DNA of 62,626 bases, counting the filler, from Chiloscyllium plagiosum (lineage: Eukaryota): NCBI RefSeq assembly GCF_004010195.1. It is 5 parts of one record of this genome, joined end to end, with 100 filler letters (N's around TTAATTAATTAA, not from the genome) between each part and the next. Parts side by side here need not be neighbours in the genome. Positions count along the whole stretch, not along the records: positions 45,537 to 57,881 come from NC_057716.1; positions 57,982 to 62,626 come from NC_057716.1; 3 more parts are not named here. The stretch is one strand, 5' to 3'. Below the pieces are notes generated by a model that was not told the origin of the DNA, did not search any database, and worked only from the letters and a program-made list of their open reading frames with translations. Numbering within the stretch: the first letter of the stretch is position 1; each line of letters begins with the position of its first letter. The translations under genes were made by a program, and so were the position numbers. Shown in pieces: positions 46,715-59,759 of this stretch.

Positions 46715-49700
46715 AACCAAATAAAAAGGTCCTGAGCGCTGATTTGGTAAGGTTAGTAGTTTTTCATTTTCGATAGTCTCTTTGGGAATTCAGAACAGTG
46801 GGAATTGATGTTAGGGCAGTTGCATGCTCCTCCTGCAGAATGTCGAAGGTAAGAGTCACCACTAATGTCCCCGCGGACTTCATCTGCAGGAAGTGCAACT
46901 AACTCCAGACCCTCAGAAACCGTGTTAGGGAATTGGAGCTGGAACTGGATGAACTTCGGATCATTTGGGAGGGGGTAATTGAGAGGAGTTACAGGGAGGT
47001 AGTTCACACCTCAGGTACAGGAAAAAAGGTGGGTTACAGTCATGGGATGAAAAGGGAACGAGCAGGCAGTACAGGGATCCCCTCTGGCTGTTCCCCTCAA
47101 TAACAAATATACTGTTTTGGATACTGTTGGGGTGGTTGGTGGGGTGGAGATGACTTACCAGGGATAAGTCATGAGCTACAGGTCTCTGGCACAGAGTCTG
47201 TTCCTGTTGCTCAGAAGGGAAGGGGAGAGAGAGGAGAAAAGCACAAGTCATTGGGGACTCCATAGTTAGGGGGACAGATAGGAGATTCCATAGGAACGCG
47301 AGACACTCCCGGTTGGTGTGTTGCCTCCCAGGTGCCAGAGTTAGTGATGTCTCAGATCGTGTTTTCGGGATCCTTAAGTGGGAGGTGGAGCAGCCCCAAG
47401 TCATTGCACCATAGGCACCAACGACATTGGTAGGAAGAGAGATGGAGATGTAAGGCAGAAATTCAGGGGGCTAGGGTGGAAGCTTAGAACTAGAACAAAC
47501 AGTTATCATCTCTGGTTTGTTACCTGTGCCACGTGCAAGTGAGGTGAATAACAGGGGAGAGAGAACAGTTGAACACATGGCTACAGGGATGGTGCAGGAG
47601 GGTGGGACTCAGATAACTATAATTGGGGCACATTCTGGGGTAGGTTGGACCTCTACAAAAGGATAGTCTACACCTGAACGAGAGGGGTACCAATATCCTG
47701 GGGGGGGGGGGGAAAGATATTTGCTAATAAGAGTTTAAATGAATTCAGCAGGGGGATAAGAACCTGAATTGTAGATCCAGTGTACAGGAAGTTGAGAGTA
47801 GTGAGGTCACGAAGAAGGTTTCAAGATCACAGAAGTGTATTGGCAGGCAGAAAACTGGTTTGAAGTGTGTCTACTTCAATGCCAGGAGCATCCAGAATAA
47901 AGTGGGTGAACTTGTAGCATGAGTTGGTTTCTGGGACTTTGATGTTGTGGCCATTTTGGAGACATGGATAGAGCAGGGACAGGAATGGTTGTTGCAGGTT
48001 CTGGGGTTTAGGTGTTTCAGTAAGATAAGGGAAGGTGGTATAAGAGGGGGAGGTGTGGCATTGTTAGTCAAGGACAGTATTACGGTGGCAGAAAGGACAT
48101 TGAGGACTCGTCTACTGAGGTAGCCGGGCTGAGGTTAGAAACAGGAAAGGGAAGGTCACCCTGTTGGGAATTTTTTTTATAGGCCTCTGAAAAGTTCCAG
48201 AGATGTAGAGGAAAGGATAGCAAAGATAATTCTGGATCGGAGTGAAAGTAAAAGGTAGTTGTTTTGGGGGACTTGAACTTTCCAAATGGTTGACTGGAAA
48301 TGCTATAGTTTGAGTACTTTAGATGGGTCAGTTTTTGTCCAATATGTGCAGGAGTGTTTTCTGACAGTATATAGATAGGCTAATATGAAGCGAGACCACA
48401 TTGGCTTTGGCACTGGGTAATGAACCTGGCCAGGTATTAAATTTGGAGGTAGGTGAGCACTTTGGCGATAGTGACCACAATTCAGTTATGTTTACTTTAG
48501 CAATGCAAAGGGATAGGTATACACAGTAGGACAACAGCTATAGCTGGGGGAAAAGGCAATTATGAGGCTATAACACAAGATTCAGGATGCATAGGATGGC
48601 GAAGAAAACTGCAGGTAATGGGCACAATTGAAATGTCTAGCGTGTTCAAGTAACAGCTACTGCGTGTTCTTGATAAGTATGTACCTGTCAGGCAGGGAGG
48701 AAGTGGTCAAGCGAGGGAACTGTAGTTTACTAAAAGGTTGAATCTCTTGTCAAGAGGAAGATTGAGACTTGTGTAAAGATGAAGCATGGATGCTTGAGAG
48801 TTACACGCTAGCCAGGAAGGACCTAAAGACAGGGCTAAGTGCCAGGAGGGGACATGAGCAGTTTTGTCATTAGGATCAAGGAAGACCCTAAAGCTTTTTA
48901 TAGGTACGTCCAGAATAAAACAATGGCTAGAGTAAGATTTGGGCCAATCCAGGACAGTTGTAGGAATTTGTGCATGGTGTCCAAAGAGATAGGAGAGGCG
49001 CTAAATGAATACTTTTCATCAATATTCACACAGGAAAAAGACAATATTGTTGAGGAGAATACTCAGGTGCAGGCTATTGGACTAGACGAGATTGAGGTTC
49101 TCAAGGAGGAGGTGTTAGCAATTTTGCAAAGTGTGAAAATAGGTAAGTCTCCTGGGACAGATGGGATTTATGATAGGATTCTCTGGGAAGCTAGGGAAGA
49201 GATTACAGAGTCTTTGGCTTTGATCTTTATGTCATCATTGTCCACAGGAATTGTGCCAGAAGATTGGAGGATAGCAAATGTTGGCCCCTTGTTCAAGAAG
49301 GGGAAAAGAGACAACCCTGATAATTATAGACCAGTGAGCCTTACTTCGATTGTGGGCAAAGTGTTGGAAAGGATTATAAGAGATAGGATTTATTATCATC
49401 TAGAAAGGAATAATTTGATAACTGATAGTCAACATCATTTTGTCAAGGGTAGGTAGTGCCCCACAAACCTTACTGAGTTCTTTGAGAAGGTGACCAAAGT
49501 GACCTTGAGAAGGTGGTTGAGGGTAAAGCAGTTGATGTGGCGTATATGGATTTCAGTAAAGCATTTGATAATGATCCCCATGGTAAGCTATTGCAGAAAA
49601 TACGGAGGCAAGGGATTGAGGGTGATTTAGCAGTTTGGATCAGAAATTGGCTAGCTGTAAGATGATAGAGGGGTGGTGATTGATGGAAAATGTTCATCCT

Positions 49701-50691
49701 GGAATTCAGTTACTAGTGGTGTACCATAAGGATCTGTTTTAGGGCCACTGCTGTTTGTCATTTCTATAAATGACCTGGATGAGTACGTAGAAGGATGGGT
49801 TAGTAAATTTGCAGATGATACTAAAGTTGGTAGAGTTGTGGATAGTGTGAAAGATTGTTGCATGTTGCAGAAGGACATAGATAAGCTTCAGAGCTGGGCT
49901 GAGAGGTGGCAAATGGAGTTTAATGCAGAAAAGTGAGGGCAATTCACTTTGGAAGGAGCAACAGGAATGCAGAGTACTGGGCTAATGTTAAGATTCTTGG
50001 TAGTGTGAATGAGCAGAGAGATCTCGGTGTCCATGTGCATAGATCCTTGAAAGTTGCCAGTCAGGTTGATAAGGTTGTTAAGGCGGCATATGATGTGTTA
50101 GGTTTTATTGGTAGAGGGATTCAGTTTTGGTGCCATGAGATCATGTTGCAGCTGTACAAAACTCTAATGCAGCCTCACATGGAATGTTACATACAGTTCT
50201 GGTTGCTGCATTATAGAAAGGATGTGAAAGCATTGGAAAGTGTGCAGAGAAGATTTACCAGGATGTTGCCTGGTATGGAGGGAAGCTCTTATGAGAAAAG
50301 GTTGAGGGACTTTAGGCTGTTTTCATTAGAGAGAAGGTTAAGAGGTGACTTAATAGACATACAAGATGATCAGAGGATTAGATAGGGTGGACAATGAGAG
50401 TCTTTTTCCTCAGATGGTGATAGCTAGCACGAAGGGACATAGCTTTAAATCGATTGGCGATAGATATAGGACAGACGTCAGAAGTAGGTTCTTTACTCAG
50501 AGTAGTAAGGGCATGGAACGTACAGCCTACAACAGTACTAGACTCACCAATTTTAAGGGCATTGAAATGGTCAGTGGATAAACATATGGATGAAAATGGA
50601 ATAGTGTAGGTTAGATGGGCTTCAGATTGGTTCCACAGGTCTGTGCAACATCGAGGGCCAAAGGGCGTGTACTGCGCTGTAATGTCTTATG
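46715..50691 (+). mobile_element. Near full-length inactivated CR1 LINE (ORF1 zinc finger/leucine zipper and SGNH esterase; ORF2 APE and RT)
   Basis: ORF1: C-x2-C...C-x2-C, LELELDELR, GDSIVRG, GTND, LHLN. ORF2: CVYFNARSI, GDLNF, GDSDHN, KSPGTDG, YRPVSLTSIVGK, DFSKAFD, KFADD. 3' tail cgctgtaatgtcttatg. Numerous stops. Confidence 0.95.
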
Positions 50692-50987
50692 TACTCAAGC
50701 ATTAATTGAGGCTCAGTGGAACAGTGCAACAGGGCAGTATGGAATATTGGTATGAGAACAAGGAAACAATTAAAATGGCAGGGTCCCCCCTCCCATCATG
50801 ATTCGCAATAAAATAAAGCACTTTACAACACTTGTCTGCATTAGTGTTCATTTGCTACATGACATAAGCCTGACTTTACAAGCCTATTTACACCCTCAAA
50901 ATCAGTAACCTCCTCGCAATTCACAATATTTGAATTGTTTTGTGCTATTTGAAAATTTTGAAATTGTGTCCTGCATTCACAAATTGG

Positions 50988-52492
50988 GACCTGATCAGGG
51001 GAAGGTAGGGAAATGATTGCTCAGCCTCTTGCTGAGATATTTGTATTAGTGATAGCTATGGGTGAGGGGCCATAAGTGTGGAGGTTGGCTAACGTAGTGC
51101 CATTACTTAAGTAAGGAAGAGCTAGAACTACAGACCGGTGAGCCTGACATTGATGGTGAGTAAGTTGTTGGAGATGATTCTGAGGGACAGGAATTACTTG
51201 TATTTGGAAAGGCAAGGACTGATAAGGGATAGTCAACATGGCTTTGTGCGTGGGAAGTCATGTCTCACTAACTTGACAGAGATTTTTTGAAGAGATGACA
51301 AAGAAGATTAATGAAAGCAGAATAGTGGACATTGTCTACATGGACTTCAGCAAGGTTTTCAACAAGGTTACATGGATAGACTGGTTAGCAAGGTTAGATT
51401 ACATGGAATACAGGGATAACTCAATAGGATACAAAATTGGCTTAAGGTAGGAGACAGGCAGTGGTGGTGGAGGGTTGCTTTTCAGGCTGGATGCCTGTGA
51501 CCAGTGTTGTGCTATAAAGATCATTGCTGGGTCCACTGCTTTGTCATTTATATGAATGATTTGGATGCGAACATAAGAGGTATGGTTAGTAAGTTTGTAG
51601 ATGACACCAAAATTGGAGGTGCAGTGGACAACGAAGGTTACTTCAGGGTACAATGACCAGATGGGCTGAGGAGTGGCAGATGGAGTTTAATTTAGATAAA
51701 TGTGAGGTGCTGCATTTTGGTAAGGCAAATCAGGGCAGGACTTATTCACTTCATAGTAGGCCCTTGGGGAGTGCTGCTGAACAAAGAGACCTTGGAATGC
51801 AAGTTCATAGTTCCTTGAAAGTGGAGTCGCACGTAGCTAGGATAATGAAGGTGGCGTTTGGTATGCTTTCCTTTATTGGTCAGAGTATTGAGTATCGGGG
51901 TTGGGAGGTCATGTTGCAACTGTACAAGACATTGGTTAGGCCATGTTCAGAATACTGCATTCAATCCTGGTCTCCCTGCTATAGGAAAGATGTTGTGAAA
52001 TTTGAAAGGATTTAGAAAAGATTTGCAACAATGTTGCCAGAATTGGAGAGTTTGAGCTACAGGAAGAGTCTGAATTGGATTGGGGTTGTTTTCCCTGGAG
52101 TGACAGAGGCTGCAGGGCGACTTTATAGACATGTATAAGATCATGAGGGGCATTGATAGGGTGAATAACCAACATCTTTCCCCAAGTGTAGGGGAGTCCA
52201 AAACTAGGGGCATAGAGGAAATGAGGGCGAGAGGGGAAAGATTTCAAAGGGAGCTAAGGAGCATCTTTTTCACGCAGAGGGTGGTGCGTGTATGGAATGA
52301 GCTGCCAGAGGAAGTGGTGGAGACTGGTACAATTACAACATTTTAAAGACATCTGAATGGTTACATACATAAGAGGAGTTTTGAGGGATACGGGCCAAAT
52401 GCTGGCAAATGGGACTAGATTAATTTAGGATATCTGGTTGGCTGAGTTGGACTGACACATCTGTTTCCTTGTAGTATATCTCTAGGACTCTC
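50988..52492 (+). mobile_element. 5'-truncated CR1 LINE
   Basis: QHGF, MDFSK, WQMEFNLDKCEVLHFG and LQLYKTLVRP motifs plus the 3' UTR. Confidence 0.92.
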
Positions 52493-53224
52493 AGTCATTT
52501 ATATACAAGAAAAGCAATGTTTATGTAGCAAGCGTTGGGGAACCCCACTATATATCATCTTTTAGAACCAACGTCTACCATTCACCAGTACTTAATCTCT
52601 GATCTTTCAGCAAATTTCATAATCACGCCATTACTTATTCCACAGGCTTACAATTCACTGGCAAGCCTATTGTATGGCACTTTTAATCAAACCCTATTTG
52701 GAACTGCATGTGCAACCCAACAATTCCATTACCCTCATTACTGTCTGTTATGCCAGGACTTCAGATATGGAGTCTTGAGGATTATTTGGTTACTTTTGCT
52801 GGAACTAAAATGTGATATAGGAGAGAGATACCGGTACCAACTGCATTGAAAAGTGCCTGGAAAATCGGTTTTGGATTGGTTAAAGTACGATTTATCAGAG
52901 ACTTAAAGATCAAATGGAACATTGACTTCTAGAAAGGTTGTAAGCAGACTAGATGCTTGTCACTTCCTTCTGACTTGGTAAAGAAATAACACTCAAAGAT
53001 TCTGCAAAATTAAAGAAAACTACTTATTCAAGTGAGAACCCACATCCAACTGACCAGTTACAAAATTAAGGATCACCACAGGAATATAATCACCAAAATC
53101 TAAAAAAAAAATTGAGAAAAGTCACGTAATTTCATTCCTTTTTGCCTGGACCCAACACATTGTGTGCCTTTTTTGGCTTTATTTTCCACACTCAGTATTG
53201 CAAAGAGAACTGCTGATCTCATCT

Positions 53225-53900
53225 AAATACAGAAAATACTGGAGCAACTCAGCAGATCTAGCAGCTTCTGTGGAGAGAAAAATAAAGAGTTGAAGCTTTG
53301 AGTCCAAAATGACTCTGCTTTGGAACTGAAAGGTGCTGGAAAATTGTGCTTTTATGCTGTTGACAGAGGGGGAGGTGGAGTGAGTGGTGTAGATGTAGAG
53401 GGTTGTCAGAGTAACAGACAAGAGGGAGTGATCATGGTGGGGGGCCCAAAAGAATGGAATGCAGCAAGTTCAGAGGGACACAGGTTAGAGTGGATGATGG
53501 GAGCAGAGAAATTAAGGTGGTCGGTGTCACGTCGCCAGTTCTCAATGAAGAGATCAAGGGTAGACAGGACACCAAAGGGAGAGATCCAGGTGGAAGTGCA
53601 GTATGGGAAATGAAAAAAAAAGGGTTTGTGGAAGGTGGGGGTCAGGTGGAAGAGAAAAAGGGGAGATGGAGTAAAAGAGAAAGAGTGAAAGAAGAGAAAA
53701 TGAATGAAAAAAAGAGAATTCCTGCCCAAAGAGATGGACAAGGAGGCACATGTGACATCATCACATTGTGCCAAAGTTTCATTGAGGTGGGGACATAAAG
53801 GACTACAGTTAAGTCCTTTGCTGACTACAAATTGTTCACCAGTCGAGGGGGGATGGTCAGGGTCGTGAATGCATGGCAAAAAGAGGGATGGAATTAGAAT
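53225..53900 (-). mobile_element. Decayed, internally deleted Penelope-like element
   Basis: VSKGLN, LDLFIENWRRD and HSNLCPSELAA motifs typical of Penelope ORF N-termini, with a terminus of the same family. Confidence 0.7.
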
Positions 53901-53994
53901 GAGGGAAGAATCCATAGGGGTGGTGATACTGGAGAATTTTTGGAGCTTGTGCTGCTAAACAACTGAAAGGAACAGGCAAGTTTCTTGTTACAGT

Positions 53995-54135
53995 ATCAAA
54001 TGAGACAAAGAATGAAATGGAACTTGGGACCAGGATAGCTTTGAAACAGCATGAGATGAGAGGCATCAAATGAGACAAAGAATGAAATGGAACTTGGGAC
54101 CAGGATAGCTTTGAAACAGCATGAGATGAGGGGCA
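53995..54135. repeat. 70-bp direct tandem duplication
   Basis: atcaaatgagacaaagaatg...gcatgagatgag at 53995 and 54065. Confidence 0.95.
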
Positions 54136-54289
54136 GGCTAAATGCACATATGGTGACACTGAATGGATCTCAGAATGTGGTTGGAGTAGCTGTCTGAGGA
54201 GCATTGTATTACTCAGAAAGATCAGTAATCTTGCGTGGATTTGAAACATGAAGGGGATAAACCAACTGAGCACTAAAGCTGTAGGAGAT

Positions 54290-55200
54290 TGTGCAGTGTA
54301 TTTGGGATGTTTTTCTAGTGCAATGTGTTGAGGAGCCAACCAGGGAAATGTATTTCAGATCTAGTATTAATTAATGAGAAAGGCGAATGTCCAATGTCTT
54401 TGTAAAAGGACCTTAAAGAATGAATGACCACAACATAGTAGAATTTCACATTAGATTTGAAAGTGAGGCAGTTTAATGTAGTAATGGTGTTAAAAGTTTG
54501 AACAAGGGTAATTGTGAAGGTATGAGGTACTAATTTGGTCCAGGGGATTTGAAAATACATTAAAAAGCCATGACTATACATTAAGGAACTATTGCACAAC
54601 TTATAGTAACCATACATTCCGTCAAGGTACAAAAGCTGAACGAGGGCCAGTCAACTATGCTGATCAAAGGAAGGAAATTCAGGTTTGTATAAGACTAGAA
54701 GAAAAGGCCTATAAAGTTACCAGAAATGGCAGTAATTTTGAGGATTTTGTGAATGTTTGCAGGTGAGGAGGACCAACAATTTGACGATGAAAGGGAGAAC
54801 AGAATGAATGTGCAATCTAGGGGAAAAAAGACTGTAAAAGTATAGGTTTATAAAAAGAGAAAAGTTGGCTAAAACAAATATGGGTCCATTACAGGCAGAG
54901 TCAGAAGAGTTTATACTGGGGAAGAGAGAAATAGCTGTGAAGTTAACATTTTGTGTCTGTTTTCGCTAAGGTCTGAGAGGAGGAGAAATGTTTTTACTTA
55001 GAGAGCTATGAACTTTTAGAATTCTCTACCACAGACAGCTGTGGATGCTTAATCTTTGCTTATGATAGATTTCGGATTACCAGTGGCGAACAGGGTTATG
55101 TGGATAGAGTGGGTAAAATGTATTAAGTGTTCAACCATGTTCATATTGGATGGCAGGGCAGGTTCAACAGGCTGAACGACCAACTTCTGTTACTATGTTC
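54290..55200 (+). mobile_element. Highly decayed CR1 LINE
   Basis: EPTR-, -DHN remnants and a CR1 3' UTR. Confidence 0.55.
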
Positions 55201-55479
55201 CGTTAGTTGGAATCAGTGCAGGGTAAGGTGGAGACAGTCACTGAGCAAGAAATGTGGCTGTGACAGCGAGTTTTGCTTAATCCTTCATCAAACACAAGAT
55301 AGGTCTTCTCTGGGCATTTCCCCTCTGCAGCTTCCTAAATTCGAGCCACCACAATCCTGCACTGCCCACTCCTACAAACAGGAGTGCCTTGGCAGATCCA
55401 TTGCTTGAATCTGCTCTGCCACCAATGAACTTATTTCCTTGCATCTTGATTACATGTTCTTCCCCCCATTGTTCAGTTT

Positions 55480-55860
55480 CTTCCCAATTTGAGCTGTTTT
55501 TGAAGCTTTATTGCAGTTCTCACCATCTCCAGTTTTCTGGTCCAAGCTGCCACCTCTTCACGTGGATATTCAATCCCTCCTATACGTTCATCCCTCAAAA
55601 GGATGGTCTGAAGATTCTTTGCTTCTTCCTTGAAAGGAAGCCTGAACAGACCCATCCAGTGCCACCCTCCTCCACCTAGCTGAGCTCACTCTTTCTTTGA
55701 GCAATCTCTCCCTTGAAGGTCTCTCACATGCTCCAAATCAAAAGGGGAGGCTATCTGTAGCTGCCTCCTTGTGGGGTATGTGGAACATTGCTTGTTCTAG
55801 TCCTACTCAGGGTCCCACCCACAACTCTTGCTCCAATAACGTCAAACGTATCAGTACTAC
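55480..55860 (+). mobile_element. Penelope RT fragment
   Basis: LFT-(M)DIQSLYT-IP-DGL...FFLERKP remnant with frameshifts. Confidence 0.6.
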
Positions 55861-55899
55861 TTCCTAATCTGGTCTAGAATTGGCCTTTTACCCATAACT

Positions 55900-56760
55900 A
55901 TTGACACTCTGATTAAAAATCTGTCTCTCTGGGCTTCAAATATACCACTCAATAGCCCTGTACAGTAACAAGTACACAAACTCACTCCTCTCGGAGAAAA
56001 AAATCCTCATCTCAATCTTAAATGGTTGAACCCTTCCTCCGAGATTATGCTCTCTGGTCCTGCACACTCACTGGGGGAAACCACCTACCTGCATTGCCCT
56101 GCGAAGCCTCCAAAGAACCTTGTATTTCTCAGTAAGGCCACCTTTTATTCTTCTGAACTCCAAAGAGTACAAATCTAACAAACTTAATCACTTCTGATAA
56201 AACAGTCCAATCCCACCATATTCAGAGTCAAGCTAGTGAACCTTCTCTGGGCTGCCTCCAATGTGCATATACCTTTCCATAGATGAGGGACTAAAACTAT
56301 TCAGTTTTCCAGGTATGGTCTGACTAATGACTTGTACAGCTTTATAAAGGCCTCACTATTTTTATATTTCAATTAGTATGAAATAATGTCCAGTCAACCT
56401 ACCTTTCCCATTACCTGCTGAACTTGGATGCTTTTGTGTGGTTTACACACAAGGGTGCTTCAAATGCCTGTGCTACAACTTTCTGCAGTCTTACCCCATT
56501 TAAATAATGTTCAGGTCTTCCATTCTTCCTGCCGAAGTGTATAACCTCTATTTCTTCGACATAATGGTTCCCAGATTTCTGACATTGTGTGTGAAGTTTT
56601 TTGCCCTTTCACTTAGCCTGTCAGTATCCCTCTGTAGACTGTGTATAATCCTCAAAAAAGTTACTATCCCACCTATTTCTTGTCATCTGCAAACATTCAC
56701 TTGTCATCCAAGATATTCACATTGTAAATAATCGATGTCCCAAAAATTGGGATCCCTTTG
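55900..56760 (-). mobile_element. Decayed CR1 LINE 3' part
   Basis: gagattatgctctctggtcc, gtgaaccttctctgg and gtcatctgcaaac (FADD on the minus strand) motifs. Confidence 0.65.
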
Positions 56761-57224
56761 ACATTCCAGTATTTCCAGATTTTTATACTGAAAATACTCC
56801 CTTTTTCCCCATTTGACTCTGTCCGATCAGTCACCTGCAGTAGAGAAATAACATCTGCAGTTGAGCCGGTGTACCTCTGGTTGCAGCAGTATCTGGTTGC
56901 TCACTTCCACCACACAACTGATGTGACAAGTGCTCCATGTCACCTGGGCTGGCTTTTGTTGAGATCATTGAATGTTTGTACGATGACTAACTGTTCAATA
57001 CTCAACTCTGTACAAATGGTTTCACCGTCTTGTTGAAATGACATTTGGTTTTATGCAGTTTCACCTCAATTGTTTCACACACCTTTTCCTACTTGTGGTT
57101 TAAAGTAGCTTCTTTGAGCTGTTTAGTTTGTATGTAACATGACATCAGTCTTTGTATCACCTTACCTTCCATGCCTTCAATAGGTAAGTTGCTTCCCCAC
57201 TGAAGGAATTCCATGTATATATCA

Positions 57225-57503
57225 GAAGAAGAAGAATACAGTGCAGTACAGGCCCTTTGGCCCTCGATGTTGCGCCGATCCAAGCCCACCTAACCTACAC
57301 TAGCCCACTATCCTCCATATGCCTATCCAATGCCCGTTTAAATGCCCATAAAGAGAGAGAGTCCACCACTGCTACTGACAGGGCATTCCATGAACTCATG
57401 ACTCGCTGAGTAAAGAATCTACGCTTAAATGCCCATAAAGAGAGAGAGTCCACCACTGCTACTGACAGGGCATTCCATGAACTTACGACTCGCTGAGTGA
57501 AGA
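57225..57503 (-). mobile_element. Young CR1 3' end with an 87-bp internal tandem duplication
   Basis: Same subfamily as 31874-32205. Duplicated units at 57335 and 57422. Confidence 0.85.
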
Positions 57504-57881
57504 CAGCGAGTTCTGGTTTGTTTCACCATATTTCCCACACTACCATGACTTCACCTTATTCACTATTGCTTTGGAATTTCCTGGGATCATGAAAGGTTTT
57601 ACATAAATGCAATTTTTTTTTTATTGGGCACAATACAGCATGCATGTGTTAGCAATGGACTCATCTCACCTCCACAGCCAGGGTGTTTCGGCAGCATCAT
57701 TCCAAGCCTGTAAATCACAAGATATCAATGTTTATTCTCAGTCAGGTTTGAACTTGAAGGAGAAAATCTGTTAGTTTATGGAGTCTTGACAACTTGGAAA
57801 GTTTATGGCTTCCAGACCAAAATGTAGATATTTTAAGCCAGTGTGATTAGATTAGATTCCCTACAGTGTGGAAACAGGCCC

Positions 57882-57981
57882 NNNNNNNNNNNNNNNNNNN
57901 NNNNNNNNNNNNNNNNNNNNNNNNNTTAATTAATTAANNNNNNNNNNNNNNNNNNNNNNNNNNNNNNNNNNNNNNNNNNNN
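57882..57981. other. Artificial assembly spacer
   Basis: N44-TTAATTAATTAA-N44. Confidence 0.98.
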
Positions 57982-58592
57982 AGGTAGATAGGATAGTGAA
58001 GAAGGCGTTTGGTATGCTTTCCTTTATTGGTCAGAGTATTGAGTACAGGAGTTGGGAGGTCATGTTGCGGCTGTACAGGACATTGGTTAGGCCACTGTGC
58101 AATTCTGGTCTCCTTCCTATCAGAAAGATGTTGTGAAACATGAAAGGGTTAAGAAAAGATTTACAAGGATGTTGCCAGGGTTGGAGAATTTGAGCTATAG
58201 GGAGATGTTGAACAGGCTGGGACTGTTTTCCCTGGAGCGTCGGAGGCTGAGGTTTACAAAATTATGAGGGGCATGGATAGGGTAAATAGGTGAAGTCTTT
58301 TCCCTGGCGTCGGGGAGTCCAGAACTAGAGGGGCATAGGTTTAAGGTGAGAGGGGAAAGATATAAAAGAGACCTAACGGGCAACGTTTTCACTCAGAGGA
58401 TGGTACGTGTATAGAATGAGCTGCCAGAGGAAGTGGTGGAGGCTGATACAATTGCAACATTTAAGAGGCATTTGGATAGGTATATGAATAGGAAGGGTTT
58501 GGAGGAATATGGGCTGGGATATCTGGTCAGCATGGACGGGTTGGACCGAAGGGTCTGTTTCCGTGCTGTACATCTCTATGATTCTATGACTC
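57982..58592 (+). mobile_element. CR1 LINE 3' part
   Basis: MLRLYRTLVRP motif and a ctctatgattctatgactcta tail. Confidence 0.92.
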
Positions 58593-58987
58593 TAATTGCA
58601 AATAAACCCAGCAGAGATCTTCATGCAAATGGAATCCATGTACCTAATTTGTGTTCCATTTAGATAACACAAAGATATTATTAGATATGTGCAGCTGGGA
58701 TATTTTTATTTCAAAGAAACAAAACAAAGATGACACCAGCCTTAGAACCTTGGAGGGCGAACAGCAGCTAACCAAGTATATTGTCAATCTTGATGCTGGC
58801 TCTGTATAGAAAACAAAATAAGATTTCTTCACAACTGGAGGGGTATACCCAGATTGGCCAGGTTTGTGCAGACAGCCAGCTGATTTGAACCCACCCCAAG
58901 GAAAGATCATTTCAAACTTAACAGCTGTCTACAGTCTGCCCCGTGCTGAACTCGAGATGAATGATCCTACGTTTATACAATACCGAA

Positions 58988-59595
58988 AACAAAATGGGCT
59001 GCATTCAGGGACAGCACGGTGCCTGAAATAACAATCCCTGAAACAGGGCTCAAGCCAAAAAATAGAAAAGGTACATGAGGCACAGTGATGCACTTAGTGC
59101 TGTACCACAGAAGGACGGATATCAAATTCTTCACTATGAATTGGAAAGCCATGGATCTGTTAGCAAAGTTCCAACTTTTTTAACAAAGAATGCTGTTCTG
59201 CCTCCTTGACCAAGTAGTTGCAGAATTGGTTCGGTGAACTGTGAAAATACTACTAGCAGTTAGTAACGAGCGATTACATAGACTCAGAATCAGGCTTAAC
59301 AGAAGAGGACCAAAATGATGTTTTAAAGACGTACAAAGTGCTCAAAGATCAGCAAGATGTGAGGGTAAACTTTGCAATTCTTTGCTTAGAATTGATGTCC
59401 TAGAAGGAAAAGCTGCAGGATAATGGATCCATGGCTTTCCAATTCATAGTGAAGAATTTGATATCCGTCTTTCTGTGGTACAGCACTATGTGCATCTCTG
59501 TGTCACGTGTACCTTTTCTGTTTTTAGGCCTGAGCCCTGTTTCAGGGATTGTTATTTAGGGCACCGTGCTGTCCCTGAATGCAGCTCACTTTGTT
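58988..59595. repeat. Long inverted repeat (175-bp arms, 258-bp spacer) on a decayed Gypsy-like leader/gag
   Basis: Arms 58988-59162 and 59421-59595 have 15 mismatches and no indels. The + strand from 59136 reads MNWKAMDLLAKFQLF*QRM...VKILLAVSNERLHRL/SGLTEED...VNF. Confidence 0.9.
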
Positions 59596-59759
59596 AGTTG
59601 ATGCCATAACAAGGGCAACAAATGTGCCTTTCCAGACACTAAACTGACAGAGCAGATAATAGAGTTGGCGATTGTCTCAGTACCTTTGAAGCATTCTAAA
59701 AAACCTTCTGGCACAAAAAGGAAGCTCGCAACATCGAATTACTACTGGTAGGTGGTAGA

